Positions 58,721-64,000 of a stretch of 64,000 nt of DNA are shown piece after piece. The notes under the pieces are model-generated. The model was given only the letters and a program-made list of their open reading frames with translations, was not told the DNA's origin and did not search any database. Source of the stretch: Paraspadella gotoi (taxonomy: Eukaryota; Animalia; Chaetognatha); the NCBI GenBank assembly GCA_051294375.1, contig CM119271.1, forward strand, positions 366,721 through 430,720, given 5' to 3'. The first letter of the stretch is position 1. The number at the start of each line of letters is the position of its first letter. The translations under genes were made by a program, and so were the position numbers.

Positions 58721-59245
58721 GTTTGTGTCCTTAATTGTCCCTAAAATGTCCTTCAGTCGTATATTCCATTGTCTCTCTTAGACTAGGAGTAACCGACCAA
58801 ATTCAAATTTTAATTGGAACAGCATGAAACAAATTCATTATTGGTATTAGTTATTGTGTTAAAATATTTTTTTACAAAAATGTTCTGAACCATGAATAAT
58901 TCGCTAATTAAAATTATCTTATTGCTATATATTATCAAAAATTTTTTTTCATATTTTAAGTTTTTTCATTGATTCTGATAGAGCTTAAAAAGTTAAGCAA
59001 AAAATGTAATTAAAACTTTTTAAAATTTTGATATTTTATTATTGAAAATTAGCTAAAACTGATAAATCATCGGATGATGATGATGATAATATTTTTTTAA
59101 GGTTTTCCTTTTACAAAGAATTTTTAATTGTTACAACGATTTTATTATTAATAATTTGCAGACATGTTTCGACTCAGAGATTTTCGAGTCTTCATCAGCG
59201 CTTTTTGACAGTTGTGAATAATGGGACAATTTGTGAGTTAAAGAA

Positions 59246-59281
<36 letters not shown>

Positions 59282-62200
59282 TCAGAAAAGGTTAAAGTTT
59301 CCAACAAAGAATTGAGACAGATTAGTGGTCAGTTTAGAGGACAGATTTAGTTAAGGCTAGATTGAATAAGTGGTGAAAAGAAATAAAATTTGGTGAAAGG
59401 TGAGAGAGAGAGAAATAAACAATTACATTTGAGCAATGTACAACAAAGATAAAATTAAACAAACTTGATTTGTATGTCTAATAACAAAATTGCAATAAAT
59501 TAATTTTGAAATTTGAAAAATTGAAATGAATGAAATTTTAAATATAAGAGTTTAATTCAGAGGGATAGATAAGTAAAGATTTTAGTAAAATATAAGATGT
59601 ATGAAAGAGCTCAAAATGAGCAAGCCCCCCCGGGTCTTATGAAGGAAAGGCATGGCTGATGGTGCCGGGTCATTGGCGCGTCATAGGCTGAGAGGACAGT
59701 GGGGTTGATCTCATGTTTGCTGGCTCGGGCAACGATCCCTGAGGAAAGAGACCCAGAGCTACCCTGATGTCCCTCTGGCCTGATATGCCTGCCGACGGCC
59801 CTCTTCTCACCTGACGGTGAGGCGGGCGAGTATCACCACTGTCAAAAAGCGCTGATGAAGACTCAAAAATCTCTGAGTCGAAACATGTCTGCAACTTATT
59901 AATAATAAAATCGTTGTAACAATTAAAAATTCTTTGTAAATCTCTATACAACAACGAAAAGAAAGGATATACCATGGATACCAAGGTTTTTCCTAAATTT
60001 GACCCACTAATCATCAAAATATTAAAAAAAGAATTATACTTTGTATAGACAACTTTCCATAAGCTATCTGAATAAAATTCGACATTTTCTATCTATAAAT
60101 AAAATTTTGGTCCATTGAAAGTTTTCTCAGAAATGTATGAAGTTTCATTTGGGAAGGTTCCCAAATCAAACTTCTGACCCACCCCATTGACAAAGATTGG
60201 CCCTACTTAGCAGAGAGGGAAGAGTAGTACTTTTTATATATTTTCCTCGCTTCTCTCTACTCGCGCTCGAGTAATAGATCCTCTTCCACCTCCCTTTCAT
60301 CCCCTTTTCCCCTCCTCATCGAGCGTCAGTCATCACCTCGGCAGAGAGAGAGATTCACTTCAGTCTCGAGTCACTTGAGGGAAGGAGACACTTTTCCACA
60401 GAATATATGTTTTTTTTTGGTCATTTATTTTCTGGGTTTTTCCTTTCCTTTACCGTTAGAGAGACAGCCCACCATCTTCAGCCAGCCTCAGCTTAGTATT
60501 TCCATTGTTATTGTTATCCGTTTCTTTGGAGAATAAATTCATTCTCGATCTTAACCTATTAACTTTAATATCTCTTGCCACACGTGGTGAGCCCGACGTG
60601 ATCTCTTTTCTGGCTGAGAAAAAAATCAATGAGAATCTTTTCTAAACTTTATTATTTGCTCGAAAAAAAAAAAAAAAATTTAAAGTATAAGGCCATCCTT
60701 AGACAATAGACATGCCCCAGCCCAGAACGTTAATAAAGGGAAAGTCAAGTCCGGACTCGAATTCACTACACACCTGCTCCAACCAGGATCTCAAGCAAGA
60801 GTTGTGAAAAAAGTGTCCACAGGGAAGGCGTCGCGCCGTTTCCATCCTGTCCCAACAGATGGCGCATGAATCGTCACCTCCGTCCTGACGGAGACGGTCC
60901 AAGTCTTCCTTCGACGCCATCGGGTATCTGCGATCGAGAGAAATATAGCGGCGTTTTCACGGGGATTTATAAACATTTTTATTTCATAGTAAACAAAAGG
61001 ATAATACCAGAATTTTACAAATAACGAAAAAAAGGGCATCAAAAGGATTGATAATTTTGCTTTAAGCAAACCTGACTAACCTGGCCTCCATCCTGGCGAC
61101 GACCCGCAGGTAGTTCTTGTGTCGTCGACATCGCCTCTGAATCTCGTGAAAGAGGAACCGAAGCTGCATGCAGATGACCAGAGAAGCCATGGACAGGAAG
61201 ATGTTGCTCCAAATCTATGGTGAGGAAGAAAAAAATTTCAATAGTATTCAATGCAATATGTACATGATTTTATTTTTAATACAATAAAAAGTTTAAAAAA
61301 TCAATTATGAGGCAAAAAACTGAACAAAAAATGGAGACGAACATAATTATTATGCAATATTCAAAAACAAAACCTCATTTAATAATGTTACATTTTTATT
61401 TTATATTAAGTTTATCCCTTAAATTGCCACGCCCAATCGTTACCTACCTCGCCCACTTTCCTTAGCCTTACCAGCATATGCAGATGGTGCAAAAAGTCGA
61501 AGCAGAGCGCCGTCAACTCGAAGGTAAGTTCGGCGTAATAGACGAAGGTGCCGCGCCGCTCCCAAGTCCCTTCCTGATTGATATCCCACAAGTAGATCGA
61601 GTACCGGGCGATCACGTACATCGTTTTTAGCAAGAGTATGGCGCACTGGTGGAAAAAATGGAGGGGGCAAGAGTTTAATTCTAAGACCTTAGGTCTAATA
61701 AACTTCTCAGTAACTTACCTCGGCTCCCATGAAGCCGAAGGTGTTAAGGTCATGATGCCATCCGACTTTGACGCAGATTCCCATGAGTCCGCAAGAGATG
61801 AAGAAGATGGCGAGGAGGAGGGAGAGGACTTGGACGTGAGTCCATTTCGGGGTCGTGGGAGAGAAAGACAACTAAGGGAGATTAAAATACAGATTATCCT
61901 AACATATAACAAAGAATGTAACATACGGCCAACCACTCACGTATTCAAATCTGTCCTTCGACAATTGCGAGAGATGATGTAAAAATCCTAGGACGGAGAA
62001 CCAAGCTCTGGAAATGAGGAATAAGAGATAAGGAGAGAAAGAAAGAGAGAGAGAGAGAGAAGCAACCTACCCCCATGAGAGCACCTCTCCCAAATGCTGC
62101 ACGTTCAAGACCCCAAAGATAAAAATGAATTTGTAAAAAACAAAGTTCCAGAATCTGTCTTTAAGGTGTTGAGCCTCGGCGACGCGAAGCTCTCCGAAGA

Positions 62201-63461
62201 TGAGGTGTTGGATGACTTTGCCGACGAGGATCAGGAGACAATAGGCGGTGTTGACCAGGACCTGAGATTAATATAAAGTTAAAATAAAGAAAAATAAAAC
62301 TGACTTAATAATAAATATACTCATGAAGAGACTAGTAATTATTATTATATGTTAGTGACAGAACCATTCAATATAAGCAGTCCCTGAGCTTTGGATCAGG
62401 CTGTAACACCATGTTACAGGCGGGTTAAGCGCCCCGTCCCTCTTAACTGCCAGACGACCACCGGGCAAGAACCCCGGACCTTTGGGTTGGGAGGCGAACG
62501 ACTTGCCTCCGGCACCAATGGCCGCTGTGAACGGTTGGTGGATTTTAGTCCACCATACATCCCCCCTCCCGTAGGAGAAGTCTGTTGCGTCTCTTCAGTG
62601 AATTGTTGTTGGTGGAAAGTTCGTCACCAAGTTGAGGCATGTCGCCTGATGTGTTGTGGGTGGAAAGTGCATCGCCAGGTTGAGGCATGTCGCCTGAAAG
62701 TGTTTGTTGCTGTTGTGTTCGGAAGTCGGCTCACCAATGAAGAGACAGTAATTATTATTATATGTTAATGACAGAACCATTCAATATAAGCAGTCCCTGA
62801 GCTTCGATCAGGCTGTAACACCATGTTACAGGCGGGTTAAGCGCCCCGTCCCTCTTAACTTCCAGACGACCACCGGGCTAGAACCCCGGACCTTTGGTTG
62901 GGAGGCGAATGACTTGCCTCCGGCACTAATGGCCGCTGATGAACGGTTGGTGGATTTTAGTCCACCATACTCAGTACTTACCCAAACGCACCACGTCTCC
63001 TCAGTCAAGACGATGGTCATGCCGACGATTAACTCGTAGACGGAAAGATCCAAGGCGTCGCCAACGCCGTCTTCGACGACCACGTGCGGCGCCGTCTCCG
63101 TCTCATTTCCAACGAGAGTCGGATCGCCGCTCAAAGTGAATTGTTTGACGCTAACGACGGGGTGGGGGTGATTGGGAAAGGAAGGTTAAATTAGGTTTGA
63201 TGACAGTTTTTGAACAGACATCTCATACACAGGTGTAACATATTGATAAAAGGCACAACCTTTATCACTTTCCTTTTTCCCAATAGGATCCTATTCGAAC
63301 CTTCCCTCTCACTCAGACACTCACCTTTCGGGAATTCCCTGGGCCTGATTCGTCGCCGTCTGGTAGGCGTAGAACAGAGTTCCGAGGAAGAGAGCGATGC
63401 TGATGTTGGAGTAGGTCTTCAGCGTTGGAAGCGGAAGTGTCTCTAGAAAGAGGACCGGCAT
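54964..63461 (-). CDS. AMFR: E3 ubiquitin ligase AMFR/gp78 (ERAD)
   Basis: About 12 exons: 63461-63325, 63150-62982, 62261-62071, 62007-61941, 61871-61719, 61644-61472, 61214-61081, 60927-60774, 56275-56039, 55967-~55620, 55508-55167, 55097-54964. N-terminus MPVLFLETLPLPTLKTY, TM region, RING-H2 [51 protein letters not shown], G2BR ERENMLRNRKALLMQQAKRRYL. Confidence 0.93.
56326..56609. mobile_element. Solo LTR (TGTGG...GCCATA family), TSD ATTG
   Basis: attg|tgtggcgg...gttgccata|attg. Confidence 0.85.
56707..57398. mobile_element. Tc1/mariner-type MITE, TA TSD, ~50-bp TIR
   Basis: ta|cagaaggcttcatattataaaatgaggtaaccatttttt..aaaaaatggttacctcattttataatatgaagccttctg|ta. Confidence 0.9.
57436..57663 (+). 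mobile_element. Solo LTR of the 22-kb TRIM family, TSD TGGA
   Basis: Reverse complement of the 22347-22580 LTR; tgga|tgtagc...cttccaca|tgga. Confidence 0.88.
57785..58330 (+). repeat. GC-rich degenerate satellite interspersed with (T)TAGGG telomere-like motifs
   Basis: Repeated ggttagggttg / ggagatgtacg / ggaggcccgg modules. Confidence 0.75.
59158..59201 (-). ncRNA. Minimal type I hammerhead ribozyme
   Basis: Minus strand GCG-CUGAUGA-A-GACUC(gaaaaucucu)GAGUC-GAAAC-AU-GUC/UGC. Confidence 0.85.
59849..59892 (+). ncRNA. Minimal type I hammerhead ribozyme
   Basis: GCG-CTGATGA-A-GACTC(aaaaatctct)GAGTC-GAAAC-AT-GTC/TGC. Confidence 0.85.
62324..62969 (-). mobile_element. Complete TRIM, second family
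   Basis: LTRs 62324-62557 and 62738-62969, TSD CTCA, minus-strand PBS TGGTGAGCCGAC, PPT gggaggggggatg, ~180-bp internal part; LTR reads TA...CA. Confidence 0.9.
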
Positions 63462-64000
63462 GGCGACGAGAAGCTGGGTTGGCGTTGGTTGATCGAGGCA
63501 AAAGAGTCGCTTAGCAACGATTCGTCGCCACGGACGAAACGTTGGAACATTTCCCGTACGACTTATTTTTTAAAAAACGACGTTTGAGTTTTTATCTTTT
63601 TACCCAAGTCAAGGTCTTTTCCTCGTCCGACCCAAACGGGTAATATCTTCCCTTTCGTTCAGTAAAGAAAATTCAATTAAATTCGGTAGAGAAGAGGACC
63701 CACACTCGCTCTTACGAATTAATAGTAATTATAATTTATTATTGGCAAAAAACCACGCTTTAAAACAAAAATCAAAAGGCTACACGCTTATTAACAAGAA
63801 TAAAAAATAAAGATATATCTCTTCCACGGAGGAAACATACTGGATCGCAATCAATTTGCTATGAAAAAGTATAATTAATTAAGTCTACGCGATTGCCTAG
63901 CGTTGATGACTCGAATACCGATTTGTCCCCCCTCTTCAATCGAAAGAACCTTCGGCGGTATAAAATCCACCCAAGGAGCAGTCGGCGTCGTCCGAATCGG

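Larger units (their letters stand above)
59110..59981. mobile_element. Fold-back hammerhead-bearing element, copy with two intact outward-facing ribozymes
   Basis: ~100-bp inverted arms 59110-59212 and 59838-59940; aaggttttcc/aaggtttttcc flanks. Confidence 0.85.
58644..60602 (+). mobile_element. Interrupted LTR (TGTGGCA 58644 ... TGCCACA ~60582) with tRNA-Trp-like PBS; hosts a DNA-type repeat and a hammerhead element
   Basis: TGGTGAGCCCGACGTGAT at 60585 is one base from the classic Trp PBS TGGTGACCCCGACGTGAT; the 3' part resembles solo LTR 27559-27786. Confidence 0.6.

Noticed and set aside
63930-64000. Possible last exon of another minus-strand gene (..DSDDADCSLGGFYTAEGSFD*)
   Set aside because: Too short at the window edge to support; it would extend the co-oriented cluster if real.

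Overview
AT-rich invertebrate (metazoan) nuclear DNA with GC-rich exons and TE-filled introns. I can support nine protein-coding genes, all on the minus strand. From right to left: AMFR/gp78, UFM1, MRPL32, a LITAF-family gene, CTP synthase, PREB/Sec12, CTR1/SLC31A1, an intronless TPR/beta-helix/zf-MYND gene, and an F-box/WD40 gene that probably runs off the left edge. Several intergenic gaps are only about 0.3-0.9 kb, which suggests an operon-like arrangement. The non-coding DNA holds many nested non-autonomous elements: TA- and TTAA-targeting TIR elements, two complete TRIMs and several solo LTRs with 4-bp TSDs, and a 7.1-kb non-coding LTR element whose ends look unprocessed. The most notable signal is a family of fold-back (probably Penelope-like) elements carrying minimal type I hammerhead ribozymes (CUGAUGA..GAAACAUGUH) facing outward on both strands. 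A tRNA-Leu 3'-half copy ends at the expected position 38, as an RT stop at m1G37 would give. All exon boundaries and family calls were read by eye; no searches were run.
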